A stretch of DNA of 64,000 nucleotides from contig OY970192.1 in NCBI GenBank assembly GCA_963708135.1, positions 352,001-416,000 of the forward strand, written 5' to 3'. The notes under the pieces are model-generated. The model was not told the origin of the DNA. It saw only the letters and a list, made by a program, of their open reading frames with translations, and ran no database searches. Shown here piece by piece: positions 41,118-51,424 of the stretch. The stretch's first letter is position 1, and every line of letters starts with the position of its first letter. Made by a program: the position numbers and the translations under genes. This stretch comes from an uncultured Gemmatimonadales bacterium. Lineage in GTDB: Bacteria > Gemmatimonadota > Gemmatimonadetes > Longimicrobiales > RSA9.

Positions 41118-44084
41118 ATGTTCAGACGCGGTTTCCGGCTGGGCGGCATGATGGCGGTGGTGCTGTTGACGCTACCGTCCGCGCTCGCCGCGCAGGCCCG
41201 CCAGGTCAACGGCCGGGTGCTCCGCGCCGGCACCGATGAGCCGGTGCCCGCCGCGGAGGTGTCCGTGATCAGCCAGACCACTGCCGTTTCGGCGGTGACG
41301 GACGATGCCGGCCGCTTCGTCGTCTCTGCGCCGGCCGGCGAGCTGACGATCCGGGTGGATGCGGTCGGTTTCGCGTCGCAACAGGTCAAGCTCGCCGCGG
41401 ACCAGTCGAACGTGTCGATCGCGCTGAGGTTCAGCCCGTTCAAGCTGAACGCGCTGGTCGTCACCGGGCAGGCCACCACGGTGGCCCGCCGGAGCGCGAC
41501 CACGGCCATCTCCTACGTCTCGGGCCAGGAGATCAACCAGGCCCCCACTCCGTCCGTCGTGGGCGCGCTGGACGGCCGGATCTCGGGCGTGAACATCCAG
41601 AGCAACTCGGGAGCGCCGGGCGGTGGCTTCCAGATCCAGGTCCGTGGCAACAGCACCATCCGGGCCGGCTACCAGCCGGTCTACGTGGTGGATGGCGTCA
41701 TTTACTCGGACGCGGAGATCCCCGGCGGGCGCGGCTACGCCAACGCCGAGGCCTCCCCGACGACCGAAGCCGACCCGGCGAGCCGGATCGCGGACCTGAG
41801 CGCCGCCGACATCGAGAGCATCGAGGTGCTGAAGGGCGCCGCCGCCTCCTCGATCTACGGCTCCAAGGGCGCGAACGGGGTCGTCGTGATCACGACCAAG
41901 CGCGGCCGCGCCGGCACGCCGCGCTTCTCGGTCTCGCAGCGCGTCGGCATGTACACGCCGCTCAAGCTGCTCGAGACGCGCCACTGGACCGAGGCCGATG
42001 CCGTTGACGTGTATGGCAACGGCGTGCAGCAGTACTTCCAGGGAGGGTCGAGCCCCTACAACGACCTCTACGGTCAGGTCTACGACCAGCGGATGCCGTC
42101 CTATCAGACGATCGCCAGCCTGTCGGGAGGCAGCGCCGACACGCGCTATTACGTCTCGGGCGAGCTCAGCAAAGACCAGGGGATCGAGCGGAACACGGAT
42201 GCGGGGCACCAGTCGGTCCGGCTCAACCTCGACCACGACTTCAAGCCCAACCTCACCCTCGACGTGACCAGCAACTACGCCCGCTCCGCCAATGACCGGG
42301 GCTGGGACAACAACTGCAACAACTTCGGCTGCATGGGCTACGCGATCGCCTACATTCCGAGCTTCTTCGACATGTCGAAGCAGGCCGATGGGAACTACCC
42401 CGAGCCGGCCTTCGCGGGCGTGCACTCCAACCCGCTGCAGCTCGCCGCCCTGGGCGTCAACCACGAGGAGACGAACCGCTTCACGGGTGGCGGACGCCTG
42501 TCCTGGACGCCGCTCGATCGCGACAATCAGAGCTTCCGCCTGGTCGTGGCGGGCGGCCTCGACACCTTCGACCAGAACAACCAGGTCTGGACGCCCAACG
42601 AGCTCTTCTTCGAGCGCGTTTCCTCCCTCCCCGGCACGGCCGTGCAGACCAACGGCCGCAGCGTCTCGGCCGACTGGAACGTGAACGGAATCCACCGCTG
42701 GTCGCCCGGCGGAGCCGCCGGCACGACGTTCTCGACTTCTTTCGGGCTGCAGTACGAGGACCTGCGCCTGCACACGCAGCAGATCGTGACCACGAACCTG
42801 CTCCCGGGCCAGCGCAACGTCAATCAGGGCACGAACTACTCGCCTTCCGAGGCTCTGAACCACGAGCGCACCGTGGCGCTCTACGGCCAGGAGGAGACGG
42901 ACCTGTTCGATCAGCACCTCAAGCTGCAGGGCGGCCTTCGCGCCGAGCGCAGCAGCGTGAACGGCGACATCCAGAAGTTCTTCATCTACCCGAAGATCTC
43001 CGGCTCCTATCGGTTCATGGACCTGCTCGGCGCGGGCAGCGAGGTGAAGCTGCGCGCCGCCTACGGGGAGACCGGGAACCAGCCGCTGTTCAGCCAGAAG
43101 TTCACGCTGCTCGGCACGCCGCAGCTCGGCGGCCAGCAGGGCCTCACGGTCTCCACGACCTCCGGCTACCCGAACATCCAGCCCGAACGGGTCAAGGAGG
43201 TCGAGGTCGGTCTCGACGGCAGCGCCCTCGGTGATCGCCTCACCTGGGAGCTGACCGGCTTCCGGCGCCACACCACCAACCTGCTGCTTCAGCGCGTGCC
43301 CGCGCCGTCGTCCGGGTTCTCGAGCCAGCTCTTCAACGGTGGCAAGCTCCAGAACCAGGGCGTGGAGGTCGGGCTCGGCTACTCGCCCGTGGTGAGGGAG
43401 CACTTCACCTGGATCTCCCGTGCCACCTTCACCCGCTACACGAGCCTGGTCCAGGACCTCGCCGGGCTGCCGCCGTTCTTCCCGCCGCAATCGGGGTTCG
43501 GCAACCTGGGCAGGACCTACATTCAGGTGGGCCACCCGATCACGCAGCTGATCGGGTTCGATTGGGGGGATGCCGCTCACACGACGCGCGCCAGCCAGCT
43601 CTCGCAGCTCGGCAACACGGCGCCGGACTTCCGCGTCGGCTTCACCAACGACGTCCGCTACCACGCGCTCAATCTCGACGCCGTGCTCGACTGGCAGCAG
43701 GGCGGCAGCGTCATCAACCTGACCCGGTTCCTCGAGGACGACGGCCAGACGTCGCCCGACTGGGGCTCCGATGCCTGGCAGGCGCGCTATGCCGGCTACC
43801 TGCACGGCGTGATCGCGCCCTACATCGAGAGCGCGTCGTTCGTGAAGCTGCGCGAGGTCGCGCTCGACCTCAGCCTGCCGGCCGACCTGGTCTCCTCCCT
43901 CCACATCGGCGCCCGCAGCGTCCGCGTCGGACTGGCGGGCCGTAACCTGTGGATGTCGACGAAGTACAGCGGCCTCGATCCCGAGGTGGCCAACTTCGGC
44001 AGCGCATCGGTCCGCAACAACCTGGACATCAGCCCGTATCCGCCGTCGCGCAGCTTCTTCCTCAACGTCACCGTGGGGTTCTGA
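41118..44084 (+). CDS. SusC/RagA-family TonB-dependent outer membrane receptor
   Basis: Signal peptide, DIESIEVLKGAAASSIYGSKGANGVVVITTK, GLDPE, C-terminal F. Confidence 0.93.
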   Translation: MFRRGFRLGGMMAVVLLTLPSALAAQARQVNGRVLRAGTDEPVPAAEVSVISQTTAVSAVTDDAGRFVVSAPAGELTIRVDAVGFASQQVKLAADQSNVSIALRFSPFKLNALVVTGQATTVARRSATTAISYVSGQEINQAPTPSVVGALDGRISGVNIQSNSGAPGGGFQIQVRGNSTIRAGYQPVYVVDGVIYSDAEIPGGRGYANAEASPTTEADPASRIADLSAADIESIEVLKGAAASSIYGSKGANGVVVITTKRGRAGTPRFSVSQRVGMYTPLKLLETRHWTEADAVDVYGNGVQQYFQGGSSPYNDLYGQVYDQRMPSYQTIASLSGGSADTRYYVSGELSKDQGIERNTDAGHQSVRLNLDHDFKPNLTLDVTSNYARSANDRGWDNNCNNFGCMGYAIAYIPSFFDMSKQADGNYPEPAFAGVHSNPLQLAALGVNHEETNRFTGGGRLSWTPLDRDNQSFRLVVAGGLDTFDQNNQVWTPNELFFERVSSLPGTAVQTNGRSVSADWNVNGIHRWSPGGAAGTTFSTSFGLQYEDLRLHTQQIVTTNLLPGQRNVNQGTNYSPSEALNHERTVALYGQEETDLFDQHLKLQGGLRAERSSVNGDIQKFFIYPKISGSYRFMDLLGAGSEVKLRAAYGETGNQPLFSQKFTLLGTPQLGGQQGLTVSTTSGYPNIQPERVKEVEVGLDGSALGDRLTWELTGFRRHTTNLLLQRVPAPSSGFSSQLFNGGKLQNQGVEVGLGYSPVVREHFTWISRATFTRYTSLVQDLAGLPPFFPPQSGFGNLGRTYIQVGHPITQLIGFDWGDAAHTTRASQLSQLGNTAPDFRVGFTNDVRYHALNLDAVLDWQQGGSVINLTRFLEDDGQTSPDWGSDAWQARYAGYLHGVIAPYIESASFVKLREVALDLSLPADLVSSLHIGARSVRVGLAGRNLWMSTKYSGLDPEVANFGSASVRNNLDISPYPPSRSFFLNVTVGF

Positions 44085-44085
44085 G

Positions 44086-45546
44086 ATGACCAGAACGAAT
44101 CCAATCCGGAGCAAGTGGGCGATGGCGCGGTGCGCCCGCATCGGCATCGCTCTGGCCGGCATTGCGGCGCTCGGCGCCTGCGGCGGGCTCGACATCACCG
44201 ACACCAACTCGCCGACCGTCGAGGAGCTGACCGGCTCGCCCTCGCGCGACGTGCTCGCGCGCGCCGCGACCGGCATCTTCGCGCAGGCCGAGACCGACGT
44301 CGGCACCGAGATCCAGTTCTACGCGCTCTACGGGCGCGAGGGCTACAACCTGCTCGGCAACGACCCGCGCGAGACGGGCGAGCAGATCCGCGGGCCGCAG
44401 GACCCGACCGGCCGCAATTCCGGCATCTGGCTGGGTCAGTACAACGCGATCCGCACGATCAACGTCTACCTGGCCGCGCTCCAGAACGTGGAGGGGCTGA
44501 GCGACGGCGAGAAGCAGGCCTCGGCCGGGTTCGCCAAGACGGTGGAGGCGTGGCACTTCCTGCGACTCGCGGTGCGCACCGGGAAGCTCGGCATTCCGAT
44601 CGACGTCGGTCGCGCCATCGACGCGCCGCCCGCGCCCTTCGTCTCCTTCTCGGACGCGCTCAAGGCGGCATCCGACATGATGGACGAGGCGTACGCCGAC
44701 CTCCAGGCCGCCGGCGGCACGGCCTTCCCCTTCACCATGGCACCCGGCTACACCGGCTTCGACTCGCCGGCGACGTTCGCGCAGTTCAACCGCGCGCTGG
44801 CGGCGAAGATCCTCGTCTACCGCGCCACCTTCGTGGGCTGCAGCGCCTGCTGGGCCGAGGCGAAGACCGCGCTCGATGCCTCGTTCGTCACCGACGCTGG
44901 CCTGCCGGGCTCCCTGTCCACCGGCGTCTATTACGCGTACTCCGCCGCGTCCGGCGAGCCGAACAACCCGGTCTCGGAGCCGACCAGCAGCAACCACCTG
45001 TGGGTCCATCCGTCCATCGTGAGCGGCGCGCAGCTCCGCGCCAACGGGGAGCCGGACCTGCGGCTGACCGAAAAGGTCCTCGACGTCGGCCACACACGTG
45101 AGCTGAACGACCTCTCGAGCTCCTACAAGCCCGTCATGTTCAACGACCCGAGCGACCCGACGCAGCCCGATCTCGGCGCGCCCATCCCCTGGATCGACAA
45201 CGAGGAGCTGCTGCTGCTCCGCGCCGAGGTCCGCTGGAACAACGGGGATAAGGCCGGCGCCATCAGTGACATCAACCTGATCCGGGAGAACTCGGGCGGG
45301 CTCCCGCCCACCACCCTGACCGCGTCCAGCGCCGACGCCGACTTCATTACGGAGCTGCTCTACAACCGGCTGTACTCGCTGCTCTGGGCGCAGGGCACGC
45401 GCTGGATCGACGCCCGCCGCTACGGCCGGCTCGACCAGCTCCCCATCGACCGCGCGGGCGACAACGTGTTCGAGAACATGATCGTGCCGGCCGACGAGTG
45501 CGCCGCGCGAGACATGGCCGCGCCGTGCACCCCGCTCGGCGGCTGA
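44086..45546 (+). CDS. SusD/RagB-family lipoprotein
   Basis: ALGAC lipobox, ELLLLRAE, RWIDARRYG; directly after SusC. Confidence 0.88.
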   Translation: MTRTNPIRSKWAMARCARIGIALAGIAALGACGGLDITDTNSPTVEELTGSPSRDVLARAATGIFAQAETDVGTEIQFYALYGREGYNLLGNDPRETGEQIRGPQDPTGRNSGIWLGQYNAIRTINVYLAALQNVEGLSDGEKQASAGFAKTVEAWHFLRLAVRTGKLGIPIDVGRAIDAPPAPFVSFSDALKAASDMMDEAYADLQAAGGTAFPFTMAPGYTGFDSPATFAQFNRALAAKILVYRATFVGCSACWAEAKTALDASFVTDAGLPGSLSTGVYYAYSAASGEPNNPVSEPTSSNHLWVHPSIVSGAQLRANGEPDLRLTEKVLDVGHTRELNDLSSSYKPVMFNDPSDPTQPDLGAPIPWIDNEELLLLRAEVRWNNGDKAGAISDINLIRENSGGLPPTTLTASSADADFITELLYNRLYSLLWAQGTRWIDARRYGRLDQLPIDRAGDNVFENMIVPADECAARDMAAPCTPLGG

Positions 45547-45555
45547 GCTGAGCGC

Positions 45556-45672
45556 CACCCGGGCGCCCGGGTCCGGGCGCCCGGGTCCCGGTAGAGAACC
45601 CGTGTGCATGTGCATGTGCGGGTGCGTGTGCGGCGTTGGTTCGTGCCCGGATCCCGCTTGCCGGATCCCGGT
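45556..45672. repeat. short tandem repeats (GTGC(A/G)-type hexamers, CCCGG-type heptamers)
   Basis: gtgtgcatgtgcatgtgcgggtgcgtgtgc and cccggatcccg units between convergent genes. Confidence 0.5.
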
Positions 45673-45783
45673 TGCGGTCGCGGGCCCCGCGGCGGCGGTA
45701 GGAAGGCACTGGAAACGGAAGTAGGGCCCGGGTGGGGGCGCGGCTCAGCCGCGCCCCCACCCGCACCCGCGGTCCTGCCGTCG

Positions 45784-46158
45784 TCAGACGGCCGCGTCCG
45801 GCCTCGCCACGAAGACCCGCCCGAGCAGCCCGCCCAGCGCGCCGGTCACGACAGAGGAGAGGGTGCCGAGCAGGAGCAGCGTGACCGGCACGTCGCCGAG
45901 CATCACCGAGACGGCGATGCCGATCGCCGCACAGGCGCCGCCCGCGAGCGCGCCGCCGCCCGCGGCTGGGCCTCGGCCCGCCGGCCGCGACCAGAGCGCG
46001 AAGAGCACGCCGGCCACGAGCGAGATCGTGACGCCGCCCATCGCGAACCCCGCCGCGATCCCGGGAATCCAGTGCCCCGCCAGCACCATGGCCAGCTGCA
46101 GCGCCGTCCCCACGGCTGTCGCGCGGACCAGCCCGTTCATCGACTCGCGCTCCGTCAT
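45784..46158 (-). CDS. small four-TM membrane protein
   Basis: GGGAGGA RBS, Gly/Ala-rich TM segments. Confidence 0.7.
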   Translation of the reverse strand: MTERESMNGLVRATAVGTALQLAMVLAGHWIPGIAAGFAMGGVTISLVAGVLFALWSRPAGRGPAAGGGALAGGACAAIGIAVSVMLGDVPVTLLLLGTLSSVVTGALGGLLGRVFVARPDAAV

Positions 46159-46321
46159 GCACGTCCTCCCGCGTCGTCGGCCCCGGCCGTGCGCCGGCAT
46201 CCGCCGGCAGGGCGAAGGCCCGGCATCGTCTCCGGCCCACAAGTAGGACCGAGGCGAGGACAAGGTCAAGGATCGGCCGCCGCGGCGCGGATCCGGCCCG
46301 GCGTTTGCCGTGCCCTGTGGC

Positions 46322-47290
46322 ATGGAGACGATCCGGATCCCCAATGAGGCGACGTACGCGCCCGTCTCGCTCCTCGAGCTCGCGGTCGCCGCGCCGCTCC
46401 TCTCGCGCGTGCTTCTCGGCCACCGGCTGCCCGGCCGGGTGCTGCGCGCCGCGGCGCTCGGCCTCTACGCCGGCAGCGCCGCGCAGGACTGGGCCGAGCG
46501 GGCCGGGGTGCGCCCCGTCGACTTCCTCGCCGCCTTCGGCTGGGACGTGCGCCGGCTCCCCGTGGTCCCGATCGCGCGGCGTGAGGCCGAGGTCCGTTCG
46601 CTGGTCGAGCGCGTGAACGAGGGCTGGGTGGACGTGCGCCCGTCCCGCCGCGAGGTCGCCGAGATGGTGGACCATCACCTGACCGCAGTGATCGCCATGA
46701 TCACCGGCCAGCGTGTCCTCACCAGCACCGCGGTGCGCGGCTTCGCCCTCGCCGGCCTCCTCTTCCCCTTCGCGCTCGGCGCCACGGATCTGCTCTCCGG
46801 CGACATCGCCGTGCTCCACGACACCGGCCCGTTCGAGCCCCACGTGCTCGCCCACGAGTTCGCCCACCGCAAGGGCTACCTCAAGGAGCTGCACGCGCAG
46901 GTGCTCGCCTACATCGCGCTCTCCGGCTCCGGCGAGCCGCTGCTCGTCCAGGCCGCGCTCTGCGAGCGCCTGCTCCGCCAGCTGTCCGTGCTGGCCGGGC
47001 CCGAGAACGGGGCCGCACTCCGCCGCCGCATCCGCGAGGCCGGACTCCGCCCCGAGGCCGAGCGCTGGTTCCTCGCGCTCCGCCCGCCGCTCGGCTCCGT
47101 CGAGGCGCCCCTGTTCCGCGCCCTCAAGGGCCTCTACGACCTCCGCCTCCGCATGACCGGTCAGAACGGCCTCTCCGATTACGACGCCGGATTCACCGCC
47201 TTCCTGTACGGCATGGAGACGGCCCCCGCCGCCATCCCGCTCCCGCCTGCCGGCCGCCTCGAGGAGGACGACCGCGCCGCCTCCGAGTAG
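46322..47290 (+). CDS. HEXXH zincin-like protein (DUF3810-like)
   Basis: LAHEFAHRKGY..E motif. Confidence 0.65.
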   Translation: METIRIPNEATYAPVSLLELAVAAPLLSRVLLGHRLPGRVLRAAALGLYAGSAAQDWAERAGVRPVDFLAAFGWDVRRLPVVPIARREAEVRSLVERVNEGWVDVRPSRREVAEMVDHHLTAVIAMITGQRVLTSTAVRGFALAGLLFPFALGATDLLSGDIAVLHDTGPFEPHVLAHEFAHRKGYLKELHAQVLAYIALSGSGEPLLVQAALCERLLRQLSVLAGPENGAALRRRIREAGLRPEAERWFLALRPPLGSVEAPLFRALKGLYDLRLRMTGQNGLSDYDAGFTAFLYGMETAPAAIPLPPAGRLEEDDRAASE

Positions 47291-47488
47291 GACGGACGGG
47301 CTGCGGGCTCCGGCCCGCCGGGTCGTGCACGAGCCGCCGCGGCCCTCGAGAAGTGATGGAACCCGACCGGCCCGGCCGGGGGTATGTGAGCACGTTCCGA
47401 GCAGTTCCCCGCAAAACCGAACGCCCGTGTCGGGCCGCCCGCGTGAGCGAATCCGCACGCGTGTCGCGGTCCTGGGCACAGGAGATCA

Positions 47489-48334
47489 ATGCACCGACGT
47501 CCGCTCTCGATCGCCGTCGCGGTCCTCGCCCTCGGCTCGACCGGCGCGTTCGCCGCGCGCCCGCACGGCCCCCTCGGTGCCCCGGCTCTCCCCGCCGTGC
47601 GCGCGGTCGCGACCCTGGCGGCCGACACGCCGCAGGGCACCGACGCGCGCGTGCTGCTGGCGTCGTCGTCGTCGCCGGCGCCGCCTGCGCCGGATGCGCC
47701 GGCCGGGCGCGTCGCGGCGGCGCTCGACGCCCTTTCCCCACGCGCAGGCAGGACGAGCGCGCCGGAGGCGCTGCGCCGCGCCTTCGAGGCGTACTACGCG
47801 TTCCGGGCCGAGCACGGCGACGAGGTGCGGAAGCCCTACCTCTACTTCGTCGACTACGGGCTGGACAACCATACGCCGCGCGGCTGGGTCTTCGACATGG
47901 ACGCGATGCGCCTGGTCGAGGGGCCGTTCACGGTGGCCCATGGGCGGGGATCGGCGCGCGCCCGGGACGGCGTGCCGACCCGCTTCTCGAACTCGCCGGG
48001 CAGCGCAGCCTCGTCGCTGGGGCTGTTCCTGACGCAGGAGACCTACGGCTTCAGCGGCCACGCGGGCCGGCGGCTCTACCACTCGGTCGGGCTGCGCCTC
48101 GAAGGCGAGTCCGGCCGCTTCAACGACGCCGCCCGCGCGCGCGGCGTGGTCGTCCACGGCGCGCCCTACGTCTCGGCCCGCGGCGCGGGGCGGAGCGAGG
48201 GCTGCCCGGCCATGTCGCAGGACCGGGCCCACCGCCTGATCCCGATGCTCGCGGAGGGAAGCCTGGTGTTCCTGTACTCCCCGAACGACACGGCCTGGCT
48301 GGACCACGGCCCCTGGGTGGGCGGCGGCCGTTGA
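47489..48334 (+). CDS. murein L,D-transpeptidase catalytic domain protein (YkuD_2-like)
   Basis: Signal peptide, VAHGRGS, SSLG, VVHGA...GRSEGCPA. Confidence 0.88.
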   Translation: MHRRPLSIAVAVLALGSTGAFAARPHGPLGAPALPAVRAVATLAADTPQGTDARVLLASSSSPAPPAPDAPAGRVAAALDALSPRAGRTSAPEALRRAFEAYYAFRAEHGDEVRKPYLYFVDYGLDNHTPRGWVFDMDAMRLVEGPFTVAHGRGSARARDGVPTRFSNSPGSAASSLGLFLTQETYGFSGHAGRRLYHSVGLRLEGESGRFNDAARARGVVVHGAPYVSARGAGRSEGCPAMSQDRAHRLIPMLAEGSLVFLYSPNDTAWLDHGPWVGGGR

Positions 48335-48335
48335 C

Positions 48336-49313
48336 GTGACGCCGTACCTCACCGCGCTCGTCGTCCATCCCGACTGCGCGCGCCACGACACCGGCTGGCG
48401 CCACCCCGAGCACCAGGGGCGGCTGCCGGCCATCGTGAGCGCCATCTACCACGACACCCCCGCCCTCCTCGAGCCGATGCTCCAGCGGGAGGCGACGCCG
48501 GCCGCTCCGCGCGACCTGCTCGCGGTCCACACCCCAGGCCACGTCGAGCTCGTGCGCCGCACCGCCGCGGAAGCCGAGCGCCAGGGTGAGCCGCTCTCGC
48601 TCGACGCCGACACCATCGTCTCCGGCGCCTCGTGGGACGCTGCCCTCGCCGCCGCGGGCTGCGCCATCACCGCAGCCTCACTCGTCCTCGACGGCGAGGC
48701 CCGCACCGCGTTCGCCCTCAGCCGGCCGCCCGGCCACCACGCCACCGCGGACCGCGCCATGGGCTTCTGCCTCTTCAACAACGTCGCCCTCGCCGCCCGT
48801 CACGCCCAGGCCCTGCGGCCCGGGCTCCGCGTGCTCATTTTCGACTGGGACGTGCACCACGGGAACGGCACCCAGGACATCTTCTACGGCGACCCGTCCG
48901 TCTTCTACCTCTCCATCCACCTCGCCGCCCACTATCCCGGCACCGGCCACGCCGACGAGCGCGGCGTCGGGGAGGGGGAGGGGACCACCCTCAACCTGCC
49001 GCTCCCCCACGCTACTCCCGCCGCCGACTACCTCGCCCTCGCCGGCGAGGCGCTCGCCGCCGCCTTCGACGCCTTCCGCCCCGGGCTCGTCCTCGTCTCC
49101 GCCGGCCTCGACTGCCTTGCCGGTGACCCGCTCGGCGGCCTTCGTCTCGAGCCCGCCGACCTGCACGCGCTGACCCGTCGCGTGCTCGACCTGGCGGCGA
49201 CCACCGCCGACGGCCGCGTCGCCGCCGTCCTGGAGGGCGGCTACGCCCCCGCCCGCGCCGGCGCCGGCGTCGTCGCCGTGCTACGCGCCATGGCGGGTCT
49301 GGCCTCGCCCTGA
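48336..49313 (+). CDS. histone deacetylase-family amidohydrolase
   Basis: HPE, RPPGHHA, GFCLFNN, DWDVHHGNGTQ, SAGLD, LEGGY. Confidence 0.93.
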   Translation: MTPYLTALVVHPDCARHDTGWRHPEHQGRLPAIVSAIYHDTPALLEPMLQREATPAAPRDLLAVHTPGHVELVRRTAAEAERQGEPLSLDADTIVSGASWDAALAAAGCAITAASLVLDGEARTAFALSRPPGHHATADRAMGFCLFNNVALAARHAQALRPGLRVLIFDWDVHHGNGTQDIFYGDPSVFYLSIHLAAHYPGTGHADERGVGEGEGTTLNLPLPHATPAADYLALAGEALAAAFDAFRPGLVLVSAGLDCLAGDPLGGLRLEPADLHALTRRVLDLAATTADGRVAAVLEGGYAPARAGAGVVAVLRAMAGLASP

Positions 49314-49405
49314 CTCCCGCCGCCCCGTTTCCGGTTGACCGCCTTCTCCGCTCCCGTCTACATTCCGCCAATGCTTGGACTCCCGCTCCGCGCGGACACG
49401 CGCGC

Positions 49406-50197
49406 ATGAGCACCTCGGCCAGGGCCCGCCTGGCCCGGTCCGCCCCGCCGGGCGGCGCGGACCTCTACCGGCACGTGGCGCGCATGGTCGAGCTCGCTCC
49501 CGGCGCCGAGCTGGTCGTGGTGCCGTGCGGCGATGGCGCCACCGTCGAGTACCTGGCGGAGCTGAGCGGGGCCGCCGGCGCCGGCGCCGACCCCGATCAG
49601 GCGCAGGTCGATCGGGCCCTGGCCAGCGCCCGCGAGGCGCATCGCGAGACCCGGCTCCACTACGAGCACGCCCCGCTCGAGGACCTGCCGTACCGGGACG
49701 CCGTCTTCGATCTCGCCGTCGGCGAGATCGGGCTCGCCCGCGCGCGCGATGCCGGCGCCGCCGTGCGCGAGCTGGCGCGCGTCACCAAGCCGCTCGGCAC
49801 GGTGGTTCTCATCCAGCTCTCGTGGAACCGGCAGCTCGATCCGGAGCGGCGTCGCCTTCTGGTCGAGACGCTCGGCCTGACGCCGCTGCTGGTCGTCGAG
49901 TGGAAGCAGATGCTGCGCGATGCCGGCGTCGTGGAGCTCACGGTGGAGGACTGGTTCGATGCGGCACGGGCGCTGCTCGCGCCCGAGCCGCTCGTGGGCT
50001 GGCTCGGCGAGCTGCTCGCGCTGCCCGGCAGGATCGCGCGCCTGCTGCGCGCCTGGCGCCGCCACGGCGTCGGCGGCGCGCGCGACGCCCGCCGACGGGC
50101 GCACGAGTTGCGACGCTTGATCCAGAAGGAGCGGGTCCTCGCGCTTTCGGTCATCCGCGGCACGCGCTGGGAGGCGGCGGCGGACTCCAGCGAATGA
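49406..50197 (+). CDS. class I SAM-dependent methyltransferase
   Basis: VPCGDG motif I variant, LPYRDAVFD, ELARVTKPLG. Confidence 0.75.
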   Translation: MSTSARARLARSAPPGGADLYRHVARMVELAPGAELVVVPCGDGATVEYLAELSGAAGAGADPDQAQVDRALASAREAHRETRLHYEHAPLEDLPYRDAVFDLAVGEIGLARARDAGAAVRELARVTKPLGTVVLIQLSWNRQLDPERRRLLVETLGLTPLLVVEWKQMLRDAGVVELTVEDWFDAARALLAPEPLVGWLGELLALPGRIARLLRAWRRHGVGGARDARRRAHELRRLIQKERVLALSVIRGTRWEAAADSSE

Positions 50198-50213
50198 TCA
50201 CACGGGAGGGGGC

Positions 50214-51422
50214 GTGAGCGATATGAAAGGGAGCGGCTTCGGCCGCATCCGGGAGCTGCTGCCCGAGATGCAGGCGGCGCTCGGGGAGCTCGGGCTGGAC
50301 GGCTGGCTGCTCTACGATCTGCACGCGCGCAACGGCGTCGCCTCGCGGCTGCTCGGCCTGGGCGAGCTCTCGCGCCGGATCTTCGTCCTGATCCCCGCCG
50401 AGGGCGAGCCGGCGGCCCTCACGCACGAGATCGAGCAAGGCCCCTGGGCCGCCTGGCCATGGGCGAGCGAGCGCTACTCGGCCTGGAAGGACCTCGATGC
50501 CCTGCTCGCCCGGCTGCTCGAGGGCCGCGCCCGCGTGGCCATGGAGTACTCGCCGGCCGACGCCGTGCCCGCCATCGACCTCGTGCCCGCGGGCGTGGTC
50601 GAGCTCGTGCGGCGCGCCGGCGCCGAGGTGGTCTCCTCCGGCGATCTCGTCAGCCGCTTCTACTCGCGCTGGTCCGCCGCCGACCTCGCCTCCCACGAGC
50701 GCGCGTCCGTGGCGCTGGCCCAGGTGGCCAACGCCGCCTTCGTCCGGCTCGCGCGCGAGATGGCCGAGGGCCGCACCGTCTCCGAGGGCGATGTCCGCAC
50801 CTGGGTCCTGGCCGACCTCGAGGCCCACGGCTGCGGCACGGGTGCCGACTGCATCTCGGCCCGCGGCGTGAACGCCGCCAACCCGCACTACGAGGTGGCC
50901 GGCACCGGCGAGACGTTCCGCCGCGGCGACGCCGTGCTCCTCGACCTGTGGGCCAAGGAGTCCGCCGACTCCGTCTACGCCGACCAGACCTGGATGGCCT
51001 TCCTCGGCGACGAGGTGCCCGGCCGCGTGGCGGACCTCTTCGCCGTCATCCGCGATGCCCGCGACGCCGCCGTCGACTTCCTGCGCCGCGAGTGGGAAGC
51101 CGGACGCGAGGTCCAGGGGTATCAGGTCGATGACGTCACGCGTGGCGTGGTGGCGGAGCGCGGCTACGCCGACGCCTTCTTCCACCGCACCGGCCACTCG
51201 ATCGACCAGGCGACACACGGCATGGGCCCCAACATCGACAACCTCGAGACGCACGAGACCCGGCGGCTGCTGCCCGGCGTCGCCTTCTCGATCGAGCCCG
51301 GCATCTACCTCCGCGGCGACGTGGGGCTGCGTACCGAGATCGACGTCTACATCGGCCCCGATGGACCCCGCGTCACCACGCCCGACCCCCAGAGCGGCGT
51401 GCTGGCGCTCTTCGCCGGCTGA
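50214..51422 (+). CDS. M24-family (Xaa-Pro) aminopeptidase
   Basis: PHY, LDLWA..YADQT, HRTGH, SIEPGIY, RTE. Confidence 0.9.
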   Translation: MSDMKGSGFGRIRELLPEMQAALGELGLDGWLLYDLHARNGVASRLLGLGELSRRIFVLIPAEGEPAALTHEIEQGPWAAWPWASERYSAWKDLDALLARLLEGRARVAMEYSPADAVPAIDLVPAGVVELVRRAGAEVVSSGDLVSRFYSRWSAADLASHERASVALAQVANAAFVRLAREMAEGRTVSEGDVRTWVLADLEAHGCGTGADCISARGVNAANPHYEVAGTGETFRRGDAVLLDLWAKESADSVYADQTWMAFLGDEVPGRVADLFAVIRDARDAAVDFLRREWEAGREVQGYQVDDVTRGVVAERGYADAFFHRTGHSIDQATHGMGPNIDNLETHETRRLLPGVAFSIEPGIYLRGDVGLRTEIDVYIGPDGPRVTTPDPQSGVLALFAG

Positions 51423-51424
51423 GC

